From positions 12,960,001-13,020,000 of the forward strand of contig NC_087251.1 of the NCBI RefSeq assembly GCF_037042905.1: DNA of 60,000 bases, read 5' to 3'. Positions 46,601 through 58,490 of this stretch are shown here, piece after piece. The translations under genes were made by a program, and so were the position numbers. This DNA is from Lytechinus pictus. Taxonomy: Eukaryota. Numbering within the stretch: position 1 is the stretch's first letter; every line of letters begins with the position of its first letter. The notes under the pieces are model-generated. The model searched no databases. It had not been told where the DNA came from and saw only the letters and a list, made by a program, of their open reading frames with translations.

Positions 46601-49600
46601 GAATTACAGACACAAATCATTTCATGGGTCCAACATACAGGGGGTCAGAGGTACACTAAATACTTCATAGAATTGCCTGAAAGCTTATGCACTTGAAAGT
46701 AGTATATGGAGGTGTTTGTTTTGTTTTTATTTTTGATCTGATAGCTATTATCAGACATAGTAATGCAAAACAGCTTCATGAGACATAACACCTACCCTCC
46801 TCTGTGTATAGACTTGTTTAACAAAACCATCAGTCACCACCAGCCCTTTCAATTCCATGCACACTTCATTATCTCACAAGCAAATTCAAACTTAAGATAG
46901 TATTTTGAAAGGCTACCAAGTAGTATTGAACCTTACCTTTTTGTCCATATTAGTGTCATGACAAAGTGTGATACAGAGTTGAACACCATGAAAGATGTGA
47001 GAGATTATCTGATTCCCAACTACAAGGTGAGGGACTGGTGCTTTTAGTTGCACTGCTTCTCTAGCAATCTGCAGATGTGGATGAAAACAGAGGAGCATGA
47101 GTTGAAATTAGATTTTTATTACTGTCAATGCAAAATACTCAAATTAAAGAACTTAACATAACTACACATAATTTTACTCTTAAAAATATGATTGTGTATG
47201 TGGGGATGAGTGACTGGGTAAACAGAATATATTTTATTGAGTTCAAATGACAGCAAAAATATGCTAATCTAGTTATCAAAGTTTAAGGAATTTTCTTCTG
47301 AATATATACCGGTACATACAAACTGACAGGATATAATCAATTATTTTCATCATTATTAAACATTAACATTATCAAAATACCATTGATGCATTCATGCAAA
47401 ATAGCAACAAAACAGCAATGGCGAAATACAATTATCTTTGTTGTCCATTTACTTAAAGGGTTTTTGTCTTTTTTGAACTTTTAATGATATTGACAATAAA
47501 ATTATTATTTTAATTGATAACTAATTTTCTAACTTAATTATATATGAATAAAGCTCCCTTCACTGGCCAACACTGATCCAACAGAGTTCGAGAAAAGACA
47601 ACCAGAGACTATGCCCTCTTACATTTCCTGGTGAAAATCATTCAACAACTGATAAATATTAACACCATAAAAACAACAACATCAACAATAACAACATAAA
47701 CAAACAAACAAGGCTTTGTTCGTACCTGTGCAAAGAGTTCCTTACAGAAGAGAACATTCTGAGCAGCTTCTAACCTCTCCTGCCAGTGCGCATCAGAAGA
47801 GACATGGCTTCTGCTGGGATTCTGCACCAAGGCACTGGCAATATCAGCTTGGCCTGTGGGGGTTTCACAAAGATTTAAGTGTGATTTAGAATGCATCAAT
47901 TGGTCAGCTAATGTTCAGGGAATATGTGTTACTGTGAATTCATCAATGAGATTACATGTTGATTACGTTCTTTCAATAAGAGTGGCTTCCAGTAATCTTG
48001 CCTTCAAAACTTCCCTTAAAACTTACCCTGTTCCTCAGTATTGCATTGTCTTTACTATTCCTTAAAAGAATTCTTGTTTATGTATTAATCAATTGTATCC
48101 ACTTAGTGCTTCTAAATAGTGGTGATGTTGCGTCTCAGTGGATAAGTCACCAAACTTTGAATCAAAAGGTCCGGGGTTCGAATCCCACCACAGCACTCGT
48201 GTCTTTTGGCAAGGCGTAAATCTACGTTTGCCACTCTCCACCCAGGTGTAGTAAATGGGTACCCAATAGGAAGAAATTCCTTGAATTCCGATCAGGGTAG
48301 CTGTGCCAAAGCAGGGTTAATAATATGCAGTGCTTAAAAAAATTGTATTAAGCGCCATATGAATGTTGCATATTATTTTTATTTTTAATTATCAAATATT
48401 CTTTATCATTACTACTATTATTGCATTTATAATCAACTTTACCTTCTTGTATTAGCACCTGTATGTAGCTAGTACCCTGTAGATCAGATGGTATGGTAAC
48501 CCTAATAGCACAAGGTGGGATACCTTTCTGTTCAGCCTCCTCTATCTCCTGGTCAGTAGACTTAGCCACTTCAAAGGTGCCCGTGTGCCAAAAACGAGAA
48601 CCAGCTACAAAGGAAATACAGAATGAAAGTTGGGTAATTTCCAAGTTTGATGTTGACGTTGAGAGTGAAGCTCAAAACACTGAAAGTTGGTTTACGAACA
48701 TGATACCAATGTCAGAAATTATGTTAGCTCAACATCTAATGAAGTCAGTCTCGTCATCAACTTCAACTGGCATATGATTTGTGCTAGATGAGATGCCAAT
48801 AATTTTCCCTTGTATTTTTGATAGAGTGGTCCTGACTTCTGACAAGAGTATCAATCTACAACGACTGCATCACCACTTTAGTTGATGCATATTTAAATGA
48901 TTGAGAATCTAACGTGCACAAAAACATGTTCAATTCGTTGGTAAAGTCATACCTACTCCATTAAAAGCTTTATGAAACCAACTTGAGCAACAAAGAAATT
49001 ATCACTGAAACTGACCAGTCTTGAAGCTAAGATCTCCTAGAATGTTGTTGCCAATTTTCTTCAGCCTCCAATGCATTCTGAGTCGATGGAGTTCTCCAAA
49101 GAAATCATCCTTTGCATTCTTCTTCTCTGCGCTGCCTCCAAATCGTCTGGACTGCAGCATGCGGGTAGCTCCATTGGTCAAGATGCTGGCAGCTGCATCC
49201 AAACTCTGTAATGAAAATATAAAACTTATTAAAACACAATCACAATTGAAAGTCAAACTTTGATATGCAATATTTTGTTCACCCTAGCAATGGATACTAA
49301 GATTACTCTGTTTTTAAAATGATTTTTTTTTTTCGTTTCTCACGTTTGTATTTGTAGGGTAAACCTGATTCATATGTTACACAGGTTTAATTTTTTTTTA
49401 ATCTGAAATTTTCTAGTAATATTCATCATCAGCATCACATGGCCAGTACTACTATTCAACAGATCAAGGGAAAAGCCCATATCCATGTGCCCCACTTCTA
49501 TTTGCTAAAATATTGGAATTGTGTTCCCACTTTGGGGAAATGCCCTTTTTTAAAAGTAATAATCCTTTTCAACCAATCAGTGACAAACTTTAAGAGGAGA

Positions 49601-52600
49601 GTATTTTGAAAAATTTCAAATATTTTCCTTGCCCAAACTAATATGAAATCCTTGATTGGCCTTACAAAGCAAAGAAACGATAAGTGCCATTAGACCTGAT
49701 ACCTTCTTTTTTTCAACAATTTGCAGAGCATGCTGCTTGGGTGTGCTTCCCTCTACTGATACTGGATCCAGTACCATGTAGGGTTGTTCCTTGTTGGCTG
49801 ATCTGGCTATGTGAAGAACATCTGACAGTACACTCATCTCTGTCAAAGCAGCCCTGACATTTTAAAAAAAAAAAAAAATGACAAAAAACATACATCCTCA
49901 GAAAATCTGGATAAGGTGATTAATATCATAACGTTCATAGAGCTTCTTCAAGAATATATCCACTGAAATAAAGAGTTCTTGACAGTAGGTAATCACATGG
50001 CTGAAGTTTTGTTTTGTTTCTTAACCCTATGTTGCATGATTACTGAATTCTTGAGTTTATACAGTGACCACTCAGTTCCAATAAGAAATTGGTGAATGCA
50101 GAATTATAATAATTAATGCTATTTCTCCTGATTAAACATGAATCATATTAGTGCACTGAACACAGAGAGATCTTGTGTCAATTTAAATGTTAAAAAAAAA
50201 TCTATAGTTCGCTGATAAGGTTAAATGATATCTATGCAAATGTAACAGTGGCCCTGATTGCCAACGATCTAGCAGTTGATTGCAAGCCCTTACTAGCCCC
50301 AGGAATCTCACCTGACTTTGTTCCTCACTGACTCCCATGGCCATTGTGGCTGCTGGAATGAAGTTGTAGCCTCTTTATCTTCTGTGTCCTGAGCATCTTT
50401 CTGTGGTGATTCAGCATCAGACTGGGTAGCGAAATCTATCTTGTGGGCCAATTTTGCCAAGTTTTCTGACATAGACAGGGGTCTAAACACATAAATGAAA
50501 ATTAACTTTAAGAGTATTCTAATATAATATATAAATAATTTCATCACTAGCTCTTTAACAAGACTTTTCATCAAACACACTGGTCTAAACATCAGAATCT
50601 AGATCTAATTGCACAAATAACAAAAACAATGACATCAAAAGTCATAAACAAACTCTTAAAATGCCTGATAATATAGAGGAAAGGGGTTCTATTCTATTGG
50701 TAAATGAAATAATAATTACTTAAACTACAGTACCAATTCAGATAGATATTTTTTTTTTTTTTTTTGGGGGGGGGGCTGCAGAAATCGTCAGTTATGGTGG
50801 TGTGACCTTAATTCGCGCATTACCTAATTTTGTGCACAGTCGAATATCTCAATATCTAATCAAAATCTTGAAAAACTGATATCATCAACAGAAAAAGTGA
50901 CACAAAACTACGCAGTGTATTAATTTTTTTTAGGTAGGGTCTTAATTTGTGAAAATATTGGCAAAACATCGGCAAATTTTGTTATCGTTTGCGTCTGCTC
51001 CGAGAAAATCTGAACTTATCAACAAGCTTCAAGAAATTGTCGGTTTGCAAGCAGAGGTCTCCAAAGAAGTAAGTAAACTGTGATACCATCCGAATTTATG
51101 GTATTTTAACTTCCATCTGATACAATTATCTTACCTTTGTCTGCTTGATTTCTTTTCTAAATCTTTGCAAAACGATTGTGCGTAAACTAAGGTCACACTT
51201 TTATATGGCACTTTTTCAGCTGAGCGCACACTAGTCGATCGTCATGGAATTTTGAGATCGCGATACCAACGAAACCCATGACCTATTTTACAATTCCGTC
51301 AAGCTAATTTGACTTTAGGATCTTGCCTTCCGTTTGGTATTTATGATTTTGATTAATTTCGTGTTGAGAAATGTCTGATTGAAAATCAACTTCATGATGA
51401 TTTTTAAAATGTGCGCAAATCATACTTAAATTTAAAATAAAGTGCCAAGTCCCTTCCAAAATTCATCTCAAATACGCCTCTGAAAAAACACAATTTTTAT
51501 GATGATCATACCTGGATGAGACATGATTACCCCCTCCCCCCCACACACACAAACACTAACAAGCTCGCCTGTAATTGTATATTTTCTGATTTTTTTTGGT
51601 CTCCTGCCTCCTGGGGCCCGTTGGCGTTGCAGAAATTCCGCCAGAAAGAGATGCGATCAATCGCAACTCTAAAAATCATGCACAACTTGATTTTCAACCA
51701 ATCAACAGCGCACATTTGGGACTTACGATTTATTTTTTGACTTGCGTTTAAACGCAATTCTTTCTGCAACGGACCCCAGAGCTCCCGGTCTGGGTCACTC
51801 ATTCAATGAACAAGGTTATGATATAAGTTATAACCTTGTTCTCAGTTACATATCCATGTGTGGCAAAATAAGGGTGGCAATTTTGGCTTATTTTCTCTTT
51901 TTCTATGGGACAAATGCCTTGATTTTCTTACACTGTCAGTTTCCAACACAGCTATTCATCATATAACTTGGCTCTTATGTAAATTTGATTCTTTGAATTA
52001 TTTTTTCTTAATTAAAAATAGAGATTGAAAAATGAAAATTTTCTTGCCATATTACTTTCCACCAATAGAGGGCGTACACAAACATATGCCCAAAATTCAA
52101 GTTTTTGAGCGCTCTGGTGAATACAAAAATTATTCCCAAGTTACTAATGAAAAGTACATTGCAACTGTATGGAAATTAGTAATTTTGGTCACAAAAGTGA
52201 TATTTAAATGATTTTTTAAAGTGTGTGCTATGTATAGTGAGTGATTGTATTACCGACCGGCCTTGTATTACCGAACGCGCGCAACATACCGTATGGGTAC
52301 TAGTATTCAACCCGGCATAATTCAAAGATTTTGACATATTCCCCAAAATATTTAGAAATAGGGAATTTATCTTAATTTCACACCTTTGTTATTTCCAGGG
52401 TAATCTGTTGTCGATATTTTCTTTGTCAATCTGTCGACTCTACGCGCGGAGGATCGAATTATGAGGCGATGGCCTTTTGCACTGAATGGTACTAGTATTC
52501 AACCTAGTGAGGATTGATAGCAAATCTCAAAAGGGTTTAGATTGCTAAATTAGATCTAGATCTATGTAAATCTCTGGCTTTGATTAATTCCCTGTTTGGT

Positions 52601-53952
52601 CTCATCTCAAATGGTCTAGTCCATAGTCGGATGGGACAAGGGCAGATTGAGAGATAGGGCCATCTTTCATCGCTAGGTTGAATACTAGTACCAAAATCCA
52701 TCGCCGTATAATTCGATCGCCCGCGCACACAGTCAACTGGTTGAAGAAAAAAATAACGGAAAAAGAATAACCAGCATTTGCTCTTGGAAATAAGACGGGT
52801 CTGAAATTCAGGTAAATTCTATATTTCTATATATTTGAGGAAACTCTCCAAACGGGTTGAATACTAGTGCCCTTACGGTACGCATCAGAAAATAATTTCA
52901 TATGCTCAAAATTTTGCAACATCCTTACAAAGAGAACTTGAATAGAAAGATGATGAAAAATTGTAAAAAACACATTTTCAAAGTCTTAATATTCTTAAAA
53001 TAATAAAATATGGTCAAAATAGCTCATCAGTGATTTTGTTGTTTTCTCAACTTTTCCCATAGATAACACACGTTCGGTAATACGATACCTTTTTCAAGTG
53101 ACCAAAATATTTCACATGCAAAGAGGGGTCCGATTGGAAGCTAATATCGTAAAAAGAAAAAACGATTTAGGCAAAATTTTTACATATTTATATTTTGTAG
53201 GTAATTGTGTATTTATGGTGAAAGTTTGGTGAATTTTATGAGAATAATGTGTTTGATATGATTGAATTCATGAAAAGTGTTCGGTAATACGATCCACTAC
53301 CATACAGCATTGGCATACCATAATCCTATCTGTAGTCGTGTAGATTCCCCACAGCCTCAGGCAGGATGGTTGCAGTGAACAAGTGGTCTGGGGCCGATTG
53401 CACGAAAGGGTCTTTGCAAGGACCGTCTTTCGTGTCGCCCATTTTTTATGATGCGCCATGAGAAACGCATTTCAAATAAATAATCTGCAAACATATTTTA
53501 TTCGTCCGTTATACTTATAATAAACAAAATATTTGTTTATAAAATGATGTGATATCTAACAAAATTGTATAAAATTTGATTTAAAAGCAAGCTTACGAAT
53601 TGTATTTGTTTATCATAAATTTCAGAAACACCCCGCTTATAGCGCATCATAATTAAGATGGGCGACACGAAAGACGGTCCTTGGAAAGACCCTTTCGTGC
53701 AATCGGCCCCTGGGTCGTCGACTTGACCCCGTACACAACAACAACAAAATCGCACAAAAAGCAATATGTGGGACCGAAGATATAATTTGTAAGTGTAACT
53801 GTGTCGAACATGAATTAAGACAACAATCAATGCAATTGAACTATTTAAAAAAAATCTTACTTTGTGTAAGTCTCCAATCCATCGAGAGAAATTTCTTGCA
53901 CTTTGTGCTCCTGTAGAGATTCAAGGCTGAGTTTTACAGAAGGTCCTGCCAT
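37415..53952 (-). CDS. MED17: Mediator of RNA polymerase II transcription subunit 17, 637 aa, 13 exons; complement(join(37415..37637,38197..38345,40762..40876,41157..41300,41494..41550,41942..42141,46937..47068,47726..47853,48443..48604,49016..49205,49703..49853,50312..50482,53861..53952))
   Basis: All 12 introns are GT-AG with consistent phases (1914 nt CDS). Motifs VQEISLDGLETY, PLSMSENLAKLAHKIDF, WPWESVRNK, LTEMSVLSDVL, GDLSFKTAGS, LEAAQNVLFCKELFAQIAREA, LLEKIMKQAKH, DPSIQAHW and GRNFIHKME match metazoan MED17. Confidence 0.96.
38197..38345 (-). CDS. MED17: MED17 exon 12
   Basis: VSQHQVLILAQLCK...VGTGP...TPNG. Confidence 0.9.
38745..40722. repeat. Minisatellite, 23 near-identical copies of an 86-bp unit, in MED17 intron 11
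   Basis: Unit CTGTATGGAAGAACCATCTCTCTATAAAATAAGTTTAGTTTCCAATGAATAAATTTCCCATTGAAACATACCACCTTCCTTGTTTT; 1978 bp = 23 x 86; no spacers. Confidence 0.98.
40762..40876 (-). CDS. MED17: MED17 exon 11
   Basis: IQAVMKDGRVVKL...QELRDLI. Confidence 0.9.
41157..41300 (-). CDS. MED17: MED17 exon 10
   Basis: EDPSIQAHW...STVKVHMTSSGY. Confidence 0.9.
41494..41550 (-). CDS. MED17: MED17 exon 9
   Basis: ECLLEKIMKQAKHIVLRH. Confidence 0.9.
41942..42141 (-). CDS. MED17: MED17 exon 8
   Basis: LEHSLHQLLRE...KRRR. Confidence 0.88.
42198..43693 (-). mobile_element. 5'-truncated L1/Tx1-clade LINE (ORF2 C-terminal part) in MED17 intron 7
   Basis: ORFs 43251..43721 and 42397..43233 encode FLWNGK...GGL.MID...ALKIKWI, IWNN, FQYKI and the zinc knuckle CSFCKQEQETIEHLLVEC; AATAAA + A-tail at 42198-42226; 12-bp TSD ATTTACATACAT at 42186-42197 and 43694-43705. 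Confidence 0.93.
44050..44787. mobile_element. piggyBac-like non-autonomous element
   Basis: TTAA|CTCTA...TAGGG|TTAA ends; subterminal G-run/C-run hairpin motifs. Confidence 0.7.
45764..46438 (-). mobile_element. Helentron-associated (HINE/DINE-like) element with internal ~150-165-bp tandem repeats
   Basis: Minus strand begins TTTTTGTCTCG..CGAGAC (hairpin) and ends GCAGGCAAGAC...CACTTGTT; about 3 internal repeats containing GTTCATTG, TGACCTTG, GTGACCTGAAA and GATACTTGATTAC; no TSD. Confidence 0.65.
46937..47068 (-). CDS. MED17: MED17 exon 7
   Basis: IAREAVQLKAPVPHLVVGNQII...LCHD. Confidence 0.92.
47726..47853 (-). CDS. MED17: MED17 exon 6
   Basis: HWQERLEAAQNVLFCKELFAQ. Confidence 0.92.
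48121..48385 (+). mobile_element. tRNA-derived SINE
   Basis: A-box-like TCTCAGTGG, B box GTTCGAATCC (48176-48185), body TTTGCCACTCTCCACCCAGGTGTAGTAAATGGGTACC, (TTA)n-like tail. Confidence 0.8.
48443..48604 (-). CDS. MED17: MED17 exon 5
   Basis: AGSRFWHTGTFEV...IPSDLQGTSYIQV. Confidence 0.9.
49016..49205 (-). CDS. MED17: MED17 exon 4
   Basis: SLDAAASIL...LRMHWRLKKIGNNILGDLSFKT. Confidence 0.93.
49703..49853 (-). CDS. MED17: MED17 exon 3
   Basis: AALTEMSVLSDVL...YMVLDPV...KKK. Confidence 0.93.
50312..50482 (-). CDS. MED17: MED17 exon 2
   Basis: PLSMSENLAKLAHKIDF...WPWESVRNKV. Confidence 0.93.
52238..53300. mobile_element. DNA transposon-like element with nested inverted repeats
   Basis: Terminal GTATTACCGA(A/C)C repeats inverted as GTTCGGTAATAC at 53072 and 53279; internal GGTACTAGTATTCAACC (52297, 52488) inverted at about 52676 and 52855. 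Confidence 0.7.
53391..53709. mobile_element. Harbinger-like MITE with ~65-bp TIR in MED17 intron 1
   Basis: GGGCCGATTGCACGAAAGGGTCTTTGCAAGGACCGTCTTTCGTGTCGCCCAT... and its near-perfect reverse complement; CTG duplication. Confidence 0.9.
53861..53952 (-). CDS. MED17: MED17 exon 1 (MAGPSVKLSLESLQEHKVQEISLDGLETYT)
   Basis: ATG at 53952, donor gtaaga. Confidence 0.92.
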
Positions 53953-54074
53953 TTCAATCTTGATCGGCAAGTTTTCTCTTTTTTTCTCTGCAACAGACAA
54001 AGTTGCATTGTGGGTGAAGGTCTAATGACGTCATCAGCTGCCGGTGTGCGAGAATTCCCCGTCCGTCCCCAGAA
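53953..54074. promoter_or_regulatory. Bidirectional promoter MED17/TADA2B with CRE (TGACGTCA 54026-54033) and ZNF143/Staf-like site (TGCATTGTGGG 54004-54014)
   Basis: 122 bp between divergent ATGs; perfect CRE palindrome; reverse strand CCCACAATGCA resembles the Staf binding core. Confidence 0.75.
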
Positions 54075-56451
54075 ATGGCCGGTGAGTTACTCTGTTTATC
54101 GACTGTTTATTTGAACTTTAACGTGTTTTTATGTCGACTAATCTACTTTATTAACATTTTACATTATTTTTCTTTCAGAGAGCCCCCCAAGATTGTATTG
54201 CAACTACTGCCAAGAGGAGTTAAAGTCCTTCAGTGTGAAATGTTGCGACTGCTCCGATGCCGAGACTTTCGATCTTTGTTTACAGGCAAGTTAAAAATAG
54301 CACAGCAAGTCGGCTGCTTACACTTTCAAGGTCAACGTCATTAAAGCCCATTTAAACTGTTGTTCACTGCAATACACATAATTTTAAAATAAAACATGGG
54401 CAATAAATGCTTAAGGACGTTGCTCCCATCTTATATTAGGCTTACATATTGAAGAGCGGCAACGCCATTGTGTGTAACATGGTTTTGAGTAAACGGTATA
54501 AGCTTAGTGGTGGTGTTGTGTGTGATCTTCCCCCATCCGCCCAGGGCATTCTTCCATACATGTGCGTTGTACTACACACAAACACATGTTCATTGATAAC
54601 ACGTTGTGTGTGTACTGAAGCCAACGGGGGTCCGTTTTGGTATTCATTTCCTGTTGGCTCACACTGGCTTGCATGTTGTACTCTACATTGTTCAATGTTT
54701 TATGAAGGGGCTTGCAAAGGACAATGGTCGTACAGCAGTACCAGTGCAATGTATTATTTGTAGTTTTTATTGCTAATGCAAGCTGATGCTACATTGCTAG
54801 CCTCTCATGCATTCAGTAATTCCCTTTGTCCCCTTTGTTCTATTAACTGAGTCTTATTATATTATATGAGCCAGCCATCTTGAGGAGGAAAAACCTAGAA
54901 GTGATAGAACTGAATACAGAGGCATAACATGCCTACATTCATAAACTTCCCTAGGTATATTATAACAGACTAAAGTCCAGGCTCAATCAGCTAAGATCTA
55001 GAATCTACATATATTGTTAAAAATCCATGGTTAATTTAATATGGAGCCATTTAAATTTCAGTGTTGGGCATGAAAGGCTGAATTCGTGTTGTCTACTTTA
55101 ATTTTTTTTCTTTGATTAAAAATGTTATTCTTGCCTTGCACTCATAATTTATAATTTTTACTTTCATTTTGGAATATTGTTATGAAATTTATGTAATTGC
55201 ATGTCAAATAATCCTGAAAATGTGAGGATTCCTTTTTTTTTTTTGGGGGGGGGGTCGAAAAGGTCTTCTTGTAGCTATTATGTCTATTTGAGTTGGCAAT
55301 AAGTATGCATTTAAATGCAAGCTACATGTACCTGTCCTTGTGATAATGCAGGGTTTTAAATAGTTAATGCAAACAACTGTTTTGATTTATTGAGCAGAAG
55401 TAATTTTTAGCAGTATTACAATGAATGTTTACAGAATTTTTTGTGTTATGATATGATGTATAGATTCTAGATTGTGAAATTCAAAGAGTATAGATAATTT
55501 TTTGTTCTGTCATGTGAAGTGCCTGGACATCAAATCCCTATCATATGACGTGTGCTTTTGTAGCTTCATATTGATGAAGGCTAGAATAGGGAAGGGTAAT
55601 GTACATGTAAGAAGGCCCATGAACTCGAGTTTTGTTGACCCCTTCTCCCCCTTCCCACCCACCCAACAAGGTGGAGTTACATGTAGTTTTCTATTAGTAA
55701 TGCTTTTTGGAAACTTTAAAATGAAAGACTTTTTAGTAAATTTGTTTGATATTTATCAAAGTTGGCAGTACATGTATGTTCAGTAGGATATATCATATTG
55801 AATGTCATCTCCAGAGGCAATACATGTTTAAGTCCAAGGTCAAACTTGATAGATCTGTAAATTATTAAATTTTACTGGGGTCAAAAACATTTGAAAGTAT
55901 AAAAGCAATACAACCAGAACATGTACGTATTATTATGATGTTGGATTGTTTTTATAGTCAAGGTCAGATACTATTGAGTACACAGAAAGTAAAGAAATTA
56001 TATGATAATGATAGCTTATCTCCTTGTGGTTTTATTTTGAGGTTGCTTTGAGATTTGTAGAAATCACTAGTATGAACTGATTCAACTGAAACAAAATTAT
56101 TTATTTTGTATTTTCTTGTTTGGAATACGAAGCAGCCTGGGGATTAATAACCTACATAGTCCAGAGGGAGAAAGAGTGATGCAAAATTTAATAAATTGCC
56201 TTTTCATTTAATTTCCTGACATGTGTGCCCTGTTTTTCAGCTATGACTATATTTTTAGGGGTTACAAAAAAAAATCCCAAGTTGATCCACCTCATCTCCA
56301 TTTTGAAATCATTAAAAACTTGTTAATATATATCAAGAACCCACAAGTTTTGTACTTTATATAAATTATTATTTCAATGTTTCACCAACAGTGTTTTCGT
56401 GCTGGAGCTGAAATTGGTACTCACAAGAGAGATCATGGATATCAGATAATG
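54075..56451 (+). CDS. TADA2B: Transcriptional adapter 2-beta (Ada2b, SAGA HAT module), 5' part; join(54075..54081,54179..54285,56392..56451); continues beyond the window
   Basis: Spliced product MAESPPRLYCNYCQEELKSFSVKCCDCSDAETFDLCLQ|CFRAGAEIGTHKRDHGYQIM is an N-terminal ZZ zinc finger with the CF.AGAEIG.H.R.HGYQ signature of Ada2b. The window ends in a pyrimidine-rich tract (...tttgtttaca), probably the next acceptor. Confidence 0.88.
54179..54285 (+). CDS. TADA2B: TADA2B exon 2 (ZZ finger), GC donor
   Basis: tttttctttcag acceptor; CAG|gcaagt donor. Confidence 0.87.
56392..56451 (+). CDS. TADA2B: TADA2B exon 3 (CFRAGAEIGTHKRDHGYQIM)
   Basis: caacag acceptor; gttggt donor. Confidence 0.88.
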
Positions 56452-58022
56452 GTTGGTCAAAGTTTTTTTATATTTTCATAGTTATGTTGAGGGTTGGCAA
56501 ACAAAAGGCCTTAACAAAATAAAACAAGTGTTGTTTTTTTTTTTGTTTTTTTAATAGAAAATTGGAGTCGAGTAATTTTATTACTACCAATTAACTATGT
56601 TTGGATTTACTGAAGTGTAAATTGAATTTGTAATTGTAGGCAGTGGGTACAATAGTTGAATTGAGCTCATGCTTCATGATATATTTATATTTTGTTGGTG
56701 TTACTAATTATTTGGTATATTTGGCAATTTTTCAGGTATTAGAATGATGAATCTTCAGTTCAAGAAATATTGCAATCACTTGAAATTGCCATTTTTTCAG
56801 GAAGGATTGTGTGTACAGTGTGATGTTGTGGTTATGGCTTCTATTGATTTAACCTTAGATTTGTGTGCAGAGTTTGGACTGATAAGCACTGGCATAAAAA
56901 GTTGTGTTTAAATGGCCCAGACTGGTGTGTTTTCAGTAAATGATTAAAATGGGTCAGTGAGCATGAATAGAAGGAATCTTTAGTCTGAAGTAAACATTGT
57001 TTGGGGGTGGGGAGAAGGGGCGTTTTCACAAGCATTTAATTCCTTGTTCAGACTGTTGTGTGTGGGGAGGAGAAGTCCCTCCTGACCAAAGTTTTTATGA
57101 TCCCATTGTTTTATGGAGTCTGTGTCCAAGCCTCATGGAGAATGCATTTTGTATCCATGTAGGCCCTATGTGTATTACTAATATCACACTGTACATGTAT
57201 GGGCACATTGCAACATTCAATGTAAATTATCTGTGTCCTATCATTTCACTTGCAAAGTTTACACTATCTCCTCCATATTAGTCTCCAAGGTCCTTGAACA
57301 AGGGGTTTGGTCAAGGAGGTTTTGTACAGTAAAAGATAATGAGCCCGCCCCCTAAAAAAAAAAAATAAATAAAAAAAATAAATAAATAAAAGGTCTTCAG
57401 TCTTCATTCCCAAATAATGATGATTTATATCAGGAAAAATTCGACAAGGAAAAAAAAGGTCCTCACTTGTGTGTGCATGAAATTTTGAGGGAAATAAAAG
57501 TCCTCACTTGCATATATGCACAACATATTCCCCTATTAAAAAACAAATATTTCTTATGGCTCTCAAAATGGGGGCGGGTGGGGGGGGGGGCACAGGCCAG
57601 ATGTGCCTCTACCTGGATCTGCCATTGGTCTTGGTGACCATTCATATATAACAGTATTTGAGAAAATTTTCTTATTTGGGGTTTCTCCCCTCAAACAACA
57701 GTCTGAATATGGGGTTAGTTACCCAGTGATTTCACACAACCTTTGTTCACTCATGCATAAGTGATGTGTCATGAGTGGCTTTGATTGTAAAGTGTTTTAT
57801 TTTTCTTTAGTGCTTTGTTCTCAATTAGTTATGGTGAGCCACAAATACAAACTTTTGTGTGTGTGTGTTTGTGTGGGTGTGTGGTAAAGTTTGTCTTCAA
57901 TTCTGTTACTATTTTATGATATGTTGTCTGTAATTTAGTCTAATAGTGGCTAGTAGCCTACTATAAACCTGAATTCAGAATTGTTATTTGTCTTTGTCTA
58001 AAAGTAGTAATAAAATGGCATT

Positions 58023-58490
58023 TTAAAGGGATTGTCCAGGCTGAAAATATTTCTAAATAAAGAGAGTAAAATTTACAGAGCAAAATGCTGAGAATTTCAT
58101 CAAAATCGGATAACAAATAACAAAGTTATTGAATTTTAAAGTTAATCAATATTTTGTGAAAACAGTTATATGCACATAGTCATGAATATCCCCACTTTCC
58201 TTTTTCTTATGTTAATACATGAATACTACAGTACTTCTTTCATTTTTTCATATTGTGTAAATGATCTGTCTCCATTATGATGAAATACATGTATGTTGCG
58301 GCTATAAATAACTAATGCTCTTAATCAGTTGTCAATCCAATTGTTTTAGTTCTTGGTAGAAAAAATCTGAATAAACCTAATTTCATAATATACAAAAGAA
58401 CAAGTGGGGATATGACATCATCAGCCCACCTAATGAGTATTCATGACATGCCTAGAACTGTTTCACCGAAATAATGCAAATCTTGAATTT
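58023..58490. repeat. Interspersed repeat (TTAAAGG-terminated family fragment)
   Basis: Begins TTAAAGGGATTG; GACATCATCAGCCCACCTAATGA is found inverted at about 29745-29775; similar degenerate copy at about 35370-35780. Confidence 0.55.

Noticed and set aside
48121..48195. tRNA gene
   Set aside because: tRNA-like head continues into a SINE body and simple-repeat tail
54075..54344. 89-aa single-exon ORF
   Set aside because: Reads through intron 1 and is out of frame with the ZZ finger; the spliced TADA2B model explains the region
54449..54763. 104-aa Cys-rich ORF in TADA2B intron 2
   Set aside because: TTG start, TG-rich low-complexity composition, no recognisable domain or splice support
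56737..56850. Possible further TADA2B exon after ttttcag sites
   Set aside because: Translations do not resemble the expected SANT-domain sequence and soon hit stop codons
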